Below, piece after piece: positions 12,487 through 25,698 of a stretch of DNA of 64,000 nt (positions are counted from its first letter, which is position 1; the number at the start of each line of letters is the position of its first letter). Both the position numbers and the translations under genes were made by a program. Source of the DNA: Piromyces finnis finn (taxonomy: Eukaryota; Fungi; Neocallimastigomycota); the NCBI GenBank assembly GCA_002104945.1, contig MCFH01000023.1:1-64000 (forward strand). The letters are read 5' to 3'. A model generated the notes under the pieces. The model searched no databases. It saw only the letters and a program-made list of their open reading frames with translations, and was not told the origin of the DNA.

Positions 12487-15400
12487 TTATATTTTCCCTT
12501 TTCCTGTTTTGGTACTTCTTGTCGTGTTTCTTGTTGCTTTTCCTGTTTTGCCTCTTGTTGCTTTTGTTCCTGTTGCTTTTCCTGTTTTGCCCCTTGTTGA
12601 TTTTGTTCCTGTTACTTTTCCTGTTTTGCTCCTTGTTGTTTTTGTTTTCTTTTTTGTTTCTTGTTGTGCCTCTATTGTTGTTCCTGTTCCTGTTGTTGTC
12701 GTCGTTTTTCTTTTTTTATTATTTTTACCTTCAATAATAGGTTTTGATGAGCTTTGTATTTCTCCATCATTTATTTTCATTTTGATTTCACAAGTTCTTT
12801 TATAAAAGGCAATACCATATTTAACAATATTATTATATCCTTTAGCTCTATATTTTTTTTCATATTCTTTTTCTTCAATTTGTTTTATAGCATCTTCACA
12901 TTCATTTAAAAGGCGGTTTTTGATATTATTTTGATTTTGATTTTCTTCCATTTCTTTATTTATTTCTTCATCGGGTTTCGTATTTTTCTTAAAAGCTTTA
13001 ATTTCAATTAAAATATATTCTTTTACTTCCTTATCACAATTATTTGTATTAGGAAACCCGAAATCATATCTACCATATCCACTATTTTCTTCTGCAGTTA
13101 AACCATTAATTTTAAAAAATAAAAATAATTGCATTAATAATACTTGATAAACATTTTCATACGTTTTGGATTTAACATACAAGTGATATGCACTGAATTT
13201 TGATAAATATTCATTTAAATTTTTATAAATTACAGAAACTTCTTTATCAAAAATACCATTAATAAATTTTTCAATCGATTTATCTTTTGCAATTTCTAAT
13301 TTATTTTCTATAATAGGTCTTAGCAAATCAACAAAACTATCTAAAACTTCACCATTCGGAATTTTAACATATTTCCTTTTTTTTTTTTTCAATTTCATTT
13401 ATTATTTTATGTTTATATTTTTCAATTTGATATGAATTTTCATATTCTTCAGTTGATTCTGGTTCATCTAATGATAAATTATTTACTTCAATTTTATTTA
13501 ATAACGCTTTTGTCATTTGGTCATCCATGTTATTTATATTTTTTTTATATTCTTTCTCATCGGATAATGTTAAATATCTAGAATCCAATAAAATTATCAT
13601 TATTTCATCTTCATTATAATTTTCTTTTAAAACTATTTCTTTAGCTGCTTCTATAACAATTATATTACCATAGAGTAAGCTTAAGAAATTTTTTGTAAAT
13701 GATAATTCATTTTCTTCAATGGTTTTTTTTATAATAATTTCTTTTCCACTATTACACCAAAAATCCCCATATTCAATTTTTTTTCCCTTTTTACTACTAT
13801 ATTCTTTGATAAAATTCATTATGGAAAAAGGATTATACAAATTCTTAATAGTACCTTGACCATTTGTATGGCATGTATAGCCATCATATTTCTTTCGAAT
13901 CATATCCCTTTGGTCGTCTGTATGGGTAATGCCAAAATCAGATAAAATTTTATTTAATTCATTTTCAGTAAATCCATAACAATCATTAAAATATTGATCC
14001 TTAAGTAATGAACATTCATAAAAATTATTAACCCCTGAATAAAAGCTATTTAATCCAAGAGGTAAACATCCTGTTGTTATTCCAAAATAAAGATTATCAT
14101 TTCCTTTAAATGTATTTGAAAATAAAGATTTAATAATACTGTACATTTCATCATAGTATTTCTTTTCAAAAGAATTCATAAGAGCTTTATCATACTCATC
14201 AATTAAAACAATGCATTTTCTCTTATAAAATTTTATCAAACAGTCGCATAAAAATCTAATAGATTGTGTTAAACCTGTCTCATTTTCTTTCATATCTTTT
14301 ATTTTTTTCCATTTGGTTTGTTCATCATTCTTTAAATTTTCAATATTAATTTTTTCTCCTTGATATTTAAATAAATCAGATATTTTGTCTTTAAGATATT
14401 CAATAGCAGATTCATAATTATTAGATTCATCATCTTTAAAATTTAAATAAATAACAGGATATTTGTGAAAATCTCTCATATTTTTTCTATTTTTAGAAAC
14501 TTCTAAACCATCAAATAAATCATTTCTAAGTTTCTCTCTATTAACAGGCTTTTCAAAGAATTCTTGAATCATTCTTAAATTCAAACTTTTTCCAAATCGC
14601 CTTGGCCGTACTATCAAATAAACATTTTTTTTTTATTTATTAAATTTTGTATCATTCTAGTTTTATCAACAAAATAATAATCATTAATATTAAAATCGTT
14701 ATAATCTTCACCGGAATATATTTCTTTTGGCATTTCTTTTCTTTGGAATTTCTCTCCATAATTTATTTCATAAATTACATCACATTTTTTTTCATATATA
14801 GTTATTCCATATTTAATAATTTTTTCATTCTTTTTATTTAAACTTTTACCATTAAATATTAATTCTTCATTATAATCCAATGTTTCATAACAACTTTCTT
14901 CAAATTCAACATCATCTGGTTTTTCCTTTATTATAATATAAAAAATTTTTGATGAAAATTTACTATTATCACCATCATTTTGATATTTCTTATCAACAAA
15001 TAATAATTCACGAATATTGTCTTTTTCATTAAAACTACTCTTAGTAATAATTTTATAACCGTCTTTTAAACATAACAATGAATAGATAATAGCATAATAA
15101 TTATCTAAGTAACTAGGTTGTTTATAATAATAATTGACTTTGTTTATATTATTTTCAAGAAATTCTTTTATTCTTTCTTCATCATAATTTTCTATAAAAT
15201 AATTAATTCCATTAATTACTTCCTTATTGTTATCATACAAATTATTTTTCCATTCAATAAACTTATCTTTAATTAATTCTTCAATAACTTTATTTCTTAT
15301 TATTAATTTTTTATTATTTTTATTTTCTGTATTAATAGCAATCAAATAACCATATTCAATAAATAATGACCAAATAATTTTTCGATGATCTTTATATCCA

Positions 15401-16679
15401 TTTTTTTTTAATATGTTAAAATTTGATAATTTAGGAATTGACTTTTTTATATATCCATTTTTTAAAAGATAATCAATATCTTTAATCAAAATGGGATCAA
15501 AATCACTAAATATTTCATTAAAAAATTCATTCTCTTGTAAAGAAAGATTATTATCCAGTTCTTCTGATAAAATCATTTTTATACAATCACATACACAAGA
15601 TATATCATAATATTTAACTTTATTACTATCATAATCATTATCATCATCCTTATTATTATCAGTATTATTATTAGAATGCGTGGATGAAATTAAAATATTT
15701 ATTTTATTTGTTTTATTTGTATTATTGATATCTGTTGGATTTAAAGATGGAAATATACTTTCAATATTATTGTAATATTTTTCAAACATTTCACTTTTAT
15801 TATTTAATTTTAATTTATCTAAAAGTTTTCTCAATTCAAAATTGGTTATACTATAATATTCAATATATTCACTATCAAATGTAGAGTAATTGATTGAATC
15901 AAAATCACTAAATAATTCAATATTAATTTTTTCCAGTAATAAATGTTTTAGATAAATAATAATATATATAATTGTTTTCAAAAATTTTTTTAAAAACATT
16001 TATGTAGAATGTATAAAACTCATCATAAAAATCTTTATTTAATGCATTTAATATGGGTGAATCATAGTTGTCTATTAATAATACGATTTCTCTTTTCAAT
16101 AAATTTTTTAAACTATTACATAAAAAACTAATTGAAACTAAAACTATTAAGTCTTCTTCATCAACATTACATTCTTGAAAAGATTCCCATATTTTTTTAT
16201 CATCTTTTAAATTAGTAATATCAATATCTTTATAGTATTTATATAAATCTGAAATAAATCTTTTAATTTTTTCAATCGTGTTATTATAATCACTTCCAAT
16301 TAGAAAAGTATTAAGATCAAGATATACCACTGGATATTTTCCTTGATAAAGCTCAATATAACTTTCACCATATCTTTAAATTCTTTTGCTATATTTAATT
16401 CTTCAAAAAACTCTCTATTCTTTGAAACATTTTCATTTTCATAATTCATTTCAAAAAAATAGCGCATCATATATAAATTAACCGTCTTTCCATTTGAAGG
16501 TCCAGTAATACAAAATATTGTTGCCTCATCATCTATAAATTTCTTTATTAATAAAGATTTATCAATATAAAAATAGGAACATTTTAATTTTTTTAACTCG
16601 TTTTTTGTTAATTTTCTTTTTTTTTTTCAGGAGATTCAGTAGAGGAATTGAGAACCTCTTCATCATTCTGCCGTTTCAT
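12487..16679 (-). pseudogene. Tandem AAA-ATPase-like / PD-(D/E)XK nuclease gene with a basic C-terminal tail; frameshifted
   Basis: Degenerate first module (YIDKS, TGPSNGKTVNLYMMRYFF, LLIDNYD), intact second module (YFVDKT, RPRRFGKSLNL, LIDEYD, YGFTENEL, YDGY, YNPFS), nuclease SGYGRYDF...LIEIK...YGIAF. Shifts sit in A/T runs. Confidence 0.85.
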
Positions 16680-16839
16680 TTTTTTTTCTATTTTTTATTT
16701 TTTTTAATAGATTATTATTATTATTTTTTTTTTTTTTTTGTTATTGTTATTTTACTTGTTATTTCTCTTGTTGTGTTGTTTTGATGATAAAATATAAATT
16801 TTATTTTTGTTGAAATAAATCATATATAAATTTTATGAT

Positions 16840-18381
16840 AAAATATGGTCACATGACTATATTGCTTGTTTACTTGCAATGAAGGATATCGTTAATGAAA
16901 TCACTTACAATAATGTAAAAGACGGATTAATAAAAAAAATTAAAATTAAAATTTATTAAAAATAGAAAAGATATCGATAAGATATTTTTATCTGGTATAA
17001 ATGATATGAAATACAAAGTAATGTCAAGAGATTTAGAAATATACAAGAATTTTAATAGGCAAAGTTGTCAAAATCTAGAAACTCAATTCTTAACTCTAGC
17101 AAAAAATTACAATAAAGCTATCCATAGTAATTTTAATAATAAAAAATTCCCCTGATCTTAATTCCTTTGAATTCGTATTATTAAACAATATATTAAGCTT
17201 TGAACACTCTGGTCATGAGAAAATAAAGTTTAACACTATTGAAAAACCAGAAGATTTACACTTTGCAAAAATCCAATTCAAAGAAAATATGATCAATATG
17301 TATTCCTATTATTTGAATGAAAAGCATGAAAACGAAACATATATAAAAAAAATATAATGAAAATAGAGAAAAAGATATAGATAAATTTAACAAAAATTTA
17401 GCCATGGCTTTAGATCAAGAAACTATTTTTTATAAAGTTTTAAATGCTATCTCCAAAAAACTAAATGACCATAGTAAATATAGCATTGATAAAGTATTAG
17501 AATCTATTAATGAAATATTAACCATTCCATTTAGTATTGTCAATGGCTATGATCAAATGATAAAACAAATAGATACTCATTATTTCGGTTTCCTAGATAA
17601 CAGTAATAAATATGTTAAAAATAAAAATTATGATTTATTGAAGAACGAAAAAGTCAATGATTTTGATAAATTGAATGGACCACAGAGAATCGCTGTTAAA
17701 AGTATTATTTATGAGTCACTCATTTATTTTAATGATTTGAGTCTTGATGAAAAGGGACCCTATAATTATTTAAACAATCCAAAAACAACATCCAAAACTC
17801 GTGTATCCAATTTAATAGAATCTATTATTTATCGTTGTTCAACGTTATTTAAAGAATTAAATCCCAATGTTTATGTCATTGCTCTAAAAAAATACACGAT
17901 TAGCAATAAGGAAAGGGAAATAAATTTTGAAAATGAAAAGTGTTATTATATCAACAGTATTGGAAAACTTGAAGAAGCAAAAATAGAAGAAATAAGTGAA
18001 AATGAAAAGGATTGTGTCCTTCCCAATGTAATTGGAAAAGCATATCTAGTTTCGAACTATACGATTACTGTGGAAGATTACAAAAACAACGATATTATGC
18101 TTTTTGTGACTTATAAAGATGGTACTTTTGAAATAATTAATGATTTAAATAACCTGAATGTTAAAAATCCTCTTCAAGCAGTCCATTCTTGTAATCAAGT
18201 GTATGTTTATTTTGCTGATGTAAATAATCCAAACTACAATCCAAATTCTGGTGAAAGAAAGCAATCTAGAAAGTATCTCGAAATGAACAGAAATGGAAAA
18301 TACTACTTGGATGGAGATGAACAATATATAGAATATTTTTTTGATAGAGATAAAATAACAAGGCATAAGTATAAATGCTGA
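16840..18381 (+). pseudogene. Intronless orphan gene; 325-aa ORF plus frameshifted upstream coding segments
   Basis: ORF 17404-18381; open frames continue upstream (IWSHDYIACLLAMK, FIKNRKDIDK, PDLNSFEFVLL). No family recognised. Confidence 0.5.
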
Positions 18382-18782
18382 AGGAGTTGTAAAGCAACCA
18401 TACAAAATAATTAGTACCAAAAAGTAAGCTAAAGTAAAAAAGGATTAATAAATTTATCTAAATTCATTAATAATATAAATCAATATTATAAAAGAAAAGG
18501 AAAGAAAAAATATTAATTTTTTTAAAAAAAAAAAAAGATAAATTTTACGAAAAATTTAATAACAAAAAATAAATTCGTATTAATAAAATAGATGAATGAA
18601 ATGATTTTTAAATTAAAATCCATTTCAAAATTGTATTTGAAATGATGAAAAATTAATATATATAATATATATATATATTTATATTTATATTAAATTTATT
18701 TAAAAAAAAAAAAGGAAAAGTATTTTTATTTAAAAGATATAACTCTTTTTTTTTTCTTTAAAAATATTAAATAACAATACAA

Positions 18783-18874
18783 TATGTACGGTGGAATAAT
18801 AATTATTATAAATCACCAGAAAATTCAGGATATAAAATTTTACTTTCAACAAATAAATAGTATATTGATAATAA
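18783..18874 (+). repeat. Diverged ~90-bp copy of an internal segment of the VETF-like gene
   Basis: GTGGAATAATAATTATTATAAATCACCAGAAAATTCAGGATATAAAATT matches the reverse complement of ~5796-5888. Confidence 0.85.
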
Positions 18875-19049
18875 CCTTGAAATTTCATCATTTTACTATA
18901 ATCTGAACCTATCGTTTTTCAATATTCTCTAAAATATAATTCAAATTCAAATTAATAAAGTATTTTTTATTAACATCTTTTAATAATAATACTTTTTAAT
19001 ATATAATATATAAAACTATTTTATTAATAATATTAATAGTTAAATAAAA

Positions 19050-19168
19050 TATTTAATAGTAAATTATACTTCAACTTGGTAGTTACAGCATATTACAAAG
19101 TAAAACATTATATTTATAATAATAAATGATTCTATAATTTATATATATTTACTTAGAACACAATTAAT
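19050..19168 (+). repeat. 119-bp direct repeat, copy 1 (copy 2 at 34494-34612)
   Basis: Identical by eye; a diverged partial copy (TTCAACTTGGTAATTACA) lies near 27170. Confidence 0.9.
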
Positions 19169-19199
19169 GTTTTTAATAACAACCCATATATTTTTGATT

Positions 19200-19910
19200 T
19201 TATAATTTGAGCTCTTGTTTTTTCTATTTAAATGTTTAAAGTAATAACAACAATAAAAGATGCTTAATAAAATTATAAAAATAACTATAACCTGCATAAC
19301 CAGCAATTATAGATTCTCCTTAATCTTCACTGCCAGAAGGACTATTTTCTTGAGCAATACAAAGTTCATCTATACATAATTTAGAAGAACGTTCATCGAT
19401 AGTTTTACATATATTACGATATGCTTTACCACAATAATTATATGATTTTCTATGACAAAAATAAATATTATCACAATGTTCTACAGATGCTTTATCATTA
19501 AAAATACAATAATTATCAACACATTTATTATATAAACATTCATCATCTTTATTACATCTGTAAGAAATAATTGTATCACCATAGTGTTGTTCATTAGTAG
19601 AATTATATAATTTAATATATTCATATATATTCATATGAATATGTTTCACAAATATATAATTTTATATTTCCTTTTATATTTAGCATTTCAATAAATGAAT
19701 AAACGGTTTACAATACTGATAATCCATTGAAGCACAAATATCATTTTTGCAAAAATAATCTCCATAAACTTTTTTTTTATTATTTAATATGTCTTTTTTG
19801 TTTATATAATTATCGGAAGAATAGTTGTAATATATATATATGTATATTTTAGTTTCATTTACACAGTTAAGTACATATAGTTTGAAAAAAATGAAATAGA
19901 TATAAAACAT
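19200..19910 (-). pseudogene. Small Cys-rich membrane protein family member, disrupted
   Basis: CNKDDECLYNKCVDNYCIFND..EHCD..CGK pattern shared with the 28278 and 63350 ORFs; stops and frameshifts. Confidence 0.65.
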
Positions 19911-20253
19911 ATATTATATATTCCTTATACATTATTATTATATTTATATTAAATTATTTATTTTATTATTTATATTACTATTTTTTTATATTTTTTATCA
20001 TAAATGATTCTTATACCTTTTTATTTTATTTACTCTAATGAATATTGTTTTAATAAAAAGAATAAAAATAATAATAATAATTTATAAAGATATAAAATAT
20101 TAAAATACCATATTATTGTGATTGCTTATTATAAATTATAAAGAAAAAGTGTTCGTTTCTTATTATACAAAATAATTATAATAATGAACTTTTAATAATA
20201 AAATTTTAAAAAATGGATTCTTCCTACATAACCCATCATTTAATTTAATAAAA

Positions 20254-20258
<5 letters not shown>

Positions 20259-20330
<72 letters not shown>

Positions 20331-20752
20331 TTCCGAGTGCATTTCTCCCATCGATCAGAGTTAGCTCCAATGGTGGTTCTTAGAGAAACGTTGGCTCATT
20401 CCTATTGCTAGGTGGTTGTGACCCTCCTGGTCTGTCATACTGTTTCTTCAGCTTCGACGCTCACTTAATCCATGTACATTAGATGCATGTCGTTGTACGA
20501 TATTTCACAACTACAATGCTAAGCCTCTTATAGTCAATTTGATCACGTGTCAACCGCCCCCTAATGTTTACACTTAAATTGATTAAGGAATATTATGTGT
20601 TTTTGGCATAGCCTAAGTCACCACTTATTAAGTTCTAATTTGGAATGTACCATGTACACTAGACCCTCTCAGGCCGGCTAGACGAGTGTTATTATCATAG
20701 TAGTAAATTAGAAAGTTCATTTATACTTACCTGAATATCATAACCCAACCCT
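20259..20752 (-). mobile_element. Non-autonomous poly(A) retroelement (SINE-like), LINE-related
   Basis: 69-nt poly(T) 20259-20327, GC-richer 425-bp body, 11-bp TSD ATAAAATAAAA at 20248-20258 and 20753-20763, 38/43-nt match to the LINE 3' coding end. Confidence 0.85.
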
Positions 20753-21026
20753 ATAAAATAAAAAGATATTAAAAAATTAAATCAAATTTGGTTGGCTGTA
20801 AAATTATTTTAAAATTTTATTAAAAAAAATAATAATTATATTTTTTAAAATAAAAAAAAGTTAAAAGTAGAATTATAAAAAACGAAATTCATGTACTATA
20901 TAAACATAAATATTAAAAATATATTAATAGCGTACAATGAAGTAATATTAAATTATTAAATATCAAACTTAAAAAACATTTGCATTTGAGGATTTATTTT
21001 ATATAATTTTTATAAAGAAAAATATT

Positions 21027-21620
21027 ATGAAAAACATTGATATTTACATATATTGTATTTTCAATATGGATATACTCGTATTATAAGTATTGAATATAAT
21101 GATACTTTAATTCACTTTTTTTTTCGTAATGGATCATTTAATCGTATTACTATTGTAGAGATGAGTATACAGAAAGTTATTTAGAACCTATTATTATTTA
21201 TTGTAAAGATGATATATGTTGAAAATCAAAATAAAAATGGTAACAATAATAGATATATTTTAATTCCCTATACAAATAATTATGGAACAACTATAGCTAG
21301 TTATGTTGATTATAATAATAATGAAATTATTCAAGTTTTTAATGATTATAAAAATAGATAATCAATGTTTTTTAAATAAATGTGTAAATAATAAATATAT
21401 GCGAAATACAGAAACTAATATTGAACGTTGTGATACTTTATAAATTGAATATTTTTTCTTCAACTATTAAAAATCATACATAATGTAGACGAACGATGAA
21501 CAATATACAGAATATACAGAAGATTCGGTTTGTTTGTTTACTAATTGTAATGAAAGAATATATAGTTGACTTCTGATAATGTGATGGAATAAAATTCGAC
21601 CATATTAGCTCTATATTTTT
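21027..21620 (+). pseudogene. Degraded Cys-rich membrane protein family member
   Basis: 5' end ATGAAAAACATT...ATGGATATACTCGTATTATAAGTATTGAA parallels 28260 ff.; a CFLNKCVNN-like segment follows; multiple stops. Confidence 0.55.
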
Positions 21621-21654
21621 CTTCATAATTTTTATTTTCAATTTGTTTTATGCA

Positions 21655-22020
21655 TTCCTTTAAAAGACAAGTTTTGATATAATTATGATATTCTTTTTCT
21701 TCTTCATCATTTTTTATTTTTTCATCGTATTTTGTATTTTTTTTAAAAAATTTTACTTCAATTAAAATATATTCTTTTTCTTTATTATTATAATAATTTT
21801 CAATAGGAAATCATATCCACTATTTTCTTCTGTGGTTTAAACCGTTAATTTTTAAAAATATTTGCATTAATAAACATTTTCATATATTTTGAATTCACCG
21901 TACATGGGATATAAGTGATTCAAGTAATATATAGTTAATTTTTTTAAATATCCATTTAAATTTTTATATACTTTTTTAACATCTTTTTCAATAAGGCCGT
22001 TAATAAAATTAATGCTTCAA
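21655..22020 (-). pseudogene. PD-(D/E)XK nuclease-domain fragment of the AAA-nuclease family
   Basis: Nucleotide similarity to ~12900-13270 (e.g. CTTCAATTAAAATATATTC, ATATCCACTATTTTCTTCTG). Confidence 0.7.
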
Positions 22021-22576
22021 ACATTATTGACTTATTTAATATTATTATCACTGGTGTTATTTAAATTATTATTATCTTCATTATTACTATTAAAAATTTT
22101 AAATTTTGAAATATAAATTTAATACTTCAAATAGAAAATGGACTATATACTTTTTTATAAATATTTTTAATTATTATTCAAAGTACTTTTAAACATTATT
22201 TACAAATGTAATATAAAAATATATGTAAATTTTTATTAATTCTGTTTATAAAAATATGAATTGGATATAGATTTCAAAATAATTCAAAAATAGAATATAT
22301 ATTTATAAAAAAAAAATAAACAAATTTTTAATAGTTTTAAATTTTATTATCAATGTAATAAATAAAAATATATTATTTATTTTTAATGAAGCTCAGTACA
22401 ACACCTTATTTATAAATATTAATAAAAACAAATAATTATATTTATAAAAGTATAAATAGAATTATTAAAAAAGTCATTGAATTAACTATTATAATTCTTT
22501 TATATATAATATTTTAATATTTATATGAATATGATAGTAATTTTAATTTTATTTAATATAAGAATAATAATAAGGT

Positions 22577-23261
22577 TTAAATTAATAAAGGTAATAAAAT
22601 AGTAGTAATTTTAGTAGTAATAAAATCACTTGCATCACTTGTTTCATGGGAAGATTTGCATTTATCAGATTCTAAGAAAGAAATTTTGATAGAATTTATA
22701 TCTTGATAAGTATAACTTTCAGTAGTAAATGATAAATTTTCATAAGCAGCAAAGCGGTTGATATTAATTTCTTTGAAAGACTTAATTAAAGATTCAGTAC
22801 ATTTTTTTGATTTACATGTGTCTGATAAAGCTTCATCTTCACCAGTTAATGTGATTGTATATATAGAGAATGGACATAACTCATTATTTTCGTTAGTGAA
22901 ACATTTACTTTCTAATCCTTGTACTAAATCCCTAATTATAAGGGGTTGCATTGCTTCTACAAATTGAGGAATTTTACTGCAAATTGGGAAGTACTTTAAT
23001 GGATCATTTATAGAATGCTTGACATTTTTCAGATTTGATATTAGAGCAAGCTTGTTTATAATTTCCAATAGTAATGATAGGCATACAGTTGTTACTATAT
23101 TCGGAATTATTGTTTTCTTCGATACATTCTTCAAAAATGGCACTGGTTTCAGAGTCTACAAAATTATCTCTTTTTACCAAATTAGAAAAAAAGAAAGAGT
23201 TAGCAAAAGTTGAAGCTATTATTGTAATTAAGATAAGTACTAAAAGATTAAAAATTTTCAT
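22577..23261 (-). CDS. Secreted, probably GPI-anchored Cys-rich protein with one frameshift (possible sequencing error)
   Basis: Signal peptide MKIFNLLVLILITIIASTFA, spaced Cys, SDAS plus hydrophobic C-terminus; +1 shift at ~23005 joins ORFs 23004-23261 and 22577-23143. Confidence 0.7.
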
Positions 23262-24281
23262 TTTTTTTCTTTTTTACTTATTTAAAAATATCAATACTAC
23301 TTTTTTTATTACTACTATTTTTTTTTTTATGATGATATTTAAATATTTTAATTTAATATTATTATTAATAATATTTTTTTTTTTTATAATTTATGTTTTA
23401 ATTATATTTTTATTAAATCAGTTTATAAAATACTTTATAAAAATAGAATTAGTAATATTACTAATATTACTGTTGTTTTATTCAAATTAATAAAACAATT
23501 TCTTATATTATATTATATTATTTTCTATTATTTAAATTTATTTTATGAATAATACAATGATATTAATTACTTTGAATTACATTAATTAAATCCATCTACA
23601 TTCATATCCACATTCATGTAAAAATATCACACTAGATGAAAATATTGATATATGTTTCTTTTATGTTGTAGTAATTAATAATATTATATTAGGTGAATAT
23701 ATTTTTATTATTATAATTAATTCTTCTTTCTAATAATTACACTTCTTTAATTATTAAACATCAATATCTCTATATTATAAAATTCCTATATAATTAAATA
23801 TAATTGAATATCAATTATATAATATAGTGCATTATAATATATATAATATAGGAATAATAATTAAATAGGATATAATATAACATATTTTACATTTTAAATG
23901 AAATATTACTATAAAAGGAAAAGTAATGTAATACAAATGAGTATTACAATAAAATGCCACATCAATAAAAATATAAATATAAATATATACATTTTTTTAT
24001 AAATATATAAAGCAATATGAATAATTCATATAATTTAATTGAATAATATTCATTAAATAAAATGTATCATAATGTATAGATTATTTAAATAAAATAAAAT
24101 AAAATAGTATCAATTTATCAATTTGCAAAAAAGTAACATAATGCGAAGAAATGGAATCTTTATTTTTTTTTTTTTTTAATCTAGTTATTTATAAGATGAT
24201 TTCATATTAATAAATAATATATATTAATTTTTTTTTTTATTTACTAAATTTATGTATTGATTTTTTTTTTTTTTTCGGAAT

Positions 24282-25484
24282 ATGAATAATATCGAGTATT
24301 ATAAAAATAAAAAAGATTCAAAAGTAATAAAGTTACTTAAACAATACAAAATATATAATGAGGGAAATTTTAATTCTGAAAATATAAAAGATTTAATTTG
24401 CAAATTAGTTATGTATGAAGAAGCAAACAATTTAAAAAATGTATTGAGCGAATTATTTGAAAATTATAGGTATGACAGAGATTATGAATTTGATAAACAA
24501 TTTAGGTTTGACAATGATTTTATAATAATTTTACTTGTTTATTACAAAAATAAAACACAGTTTTCGAATTAAGAACTAAAGCTATTATTAATTAAAGAAA
24601 AAGAAAAAAAGTCAAATTCTATTGTTAATTTTTATATAGCTGATAGATATATTGATAAGCTTGATTACTTTTTTGTAACTCCCTTATATATTGCATGTTT
24701 CGTTAATAATGAGGAATTAGTAAAAATCTTATTTGATTATGGGGCAAACGTGAATTTCCGAAATAATGAAGGTGAAACAGCTATATTATATTTATGCCAA
24801 TGTAATATTTCTCTTAATATTATAAAATTATTAATTGATAAATACAAAGCTAAAATATATGATGTAGATAAGTATGGCAATACACTATTACATAAATTTT
24901 GTAAAAGACATGGTGATAACGATGTAAAATTATTTACTTTTTTAATAGAAAAAGGCTTGGATATAAATAAAGTTAATAATGATGGAAATACTCCATTAAT
25001 GGAATTGTGTAAGTATACAACAAAAGATTTTTATATTCCATTATTACTGGAAAATGGTGCAAAAATTAATGTACGAAATAATAATGGTGAAACAGCAATA
25101 CTTGTAAATTGTAAACACGGAAAATTAAGTTGTGACAGATTGGTAAAAAAGTTGGTTGAATGTGGTGCTGATGTTAATATAGCTGATAATGATGGTAATA
25201 CACCATTATTAATAAGTTGTCGTAAAGATAGTGATCTGCCTATTTTAGGTTTAAATCGATATTTTATTGAGAATGGAGCAGATATAAATAAAGCAAATAA
25301 AAAGGGTAGAGTACCTTTTCATGAAATCTGTTATTATGGAAGTAAATTATTAATAGATTATTTTGTTGAACATGGAGCAGATATAAATAAAATGGATAAT
25401 GATGGTAATGCTCCATTAAGTATAGCACGTTCAGCTAATAATGAAAATAATATTAAACATTTAATTAGTTATGGAGTAAAATAA
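24282..25484 (+). pseudogene. Ankyrin-repeat protein, disrupted near 24572
   Basis: Repeated GxTPLxxxC...LVExGADIN motifs; 24572-24750 also encodes an ankyrin repeat (TPLYIACF..LFDYGANVN). Confidence 0.85.
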
Positions 25485-25698
25485 ATATAAATCTATAAAT
25501 TTTTAATGTTATGAAGTAGGTGTTTCTTATATACTTTTTTAAATTTTTGTATGCCTTGGAATTATTAATAAAGAATAACAAATAAAAATATATTTATTAT
25601 TTTTTAAAAAAATTAAAATAAATTAATACATATAAAATGATTATAATATTTAATTTTTATTCATATAAAATCTTTAAGTTAAAGATGAGAATAATTAA

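Noticed and set aside
12509-12805. Hydrophobic Val/Leu/Phe-rich ORFs (also 42473-42690, 46787-47145, 57008-57706, 31243-31527)
   Set aside because: Antisense or alternate-frame shadows of repetitive coding sequence
20723-20733. ATACTTACCTG, identical to the 5' end of U1 snRNA
   Set aside because: No U1 stem-loops or Sm site follow; better explained as a splice-donor-like motif on the opposite strand of the retroelement
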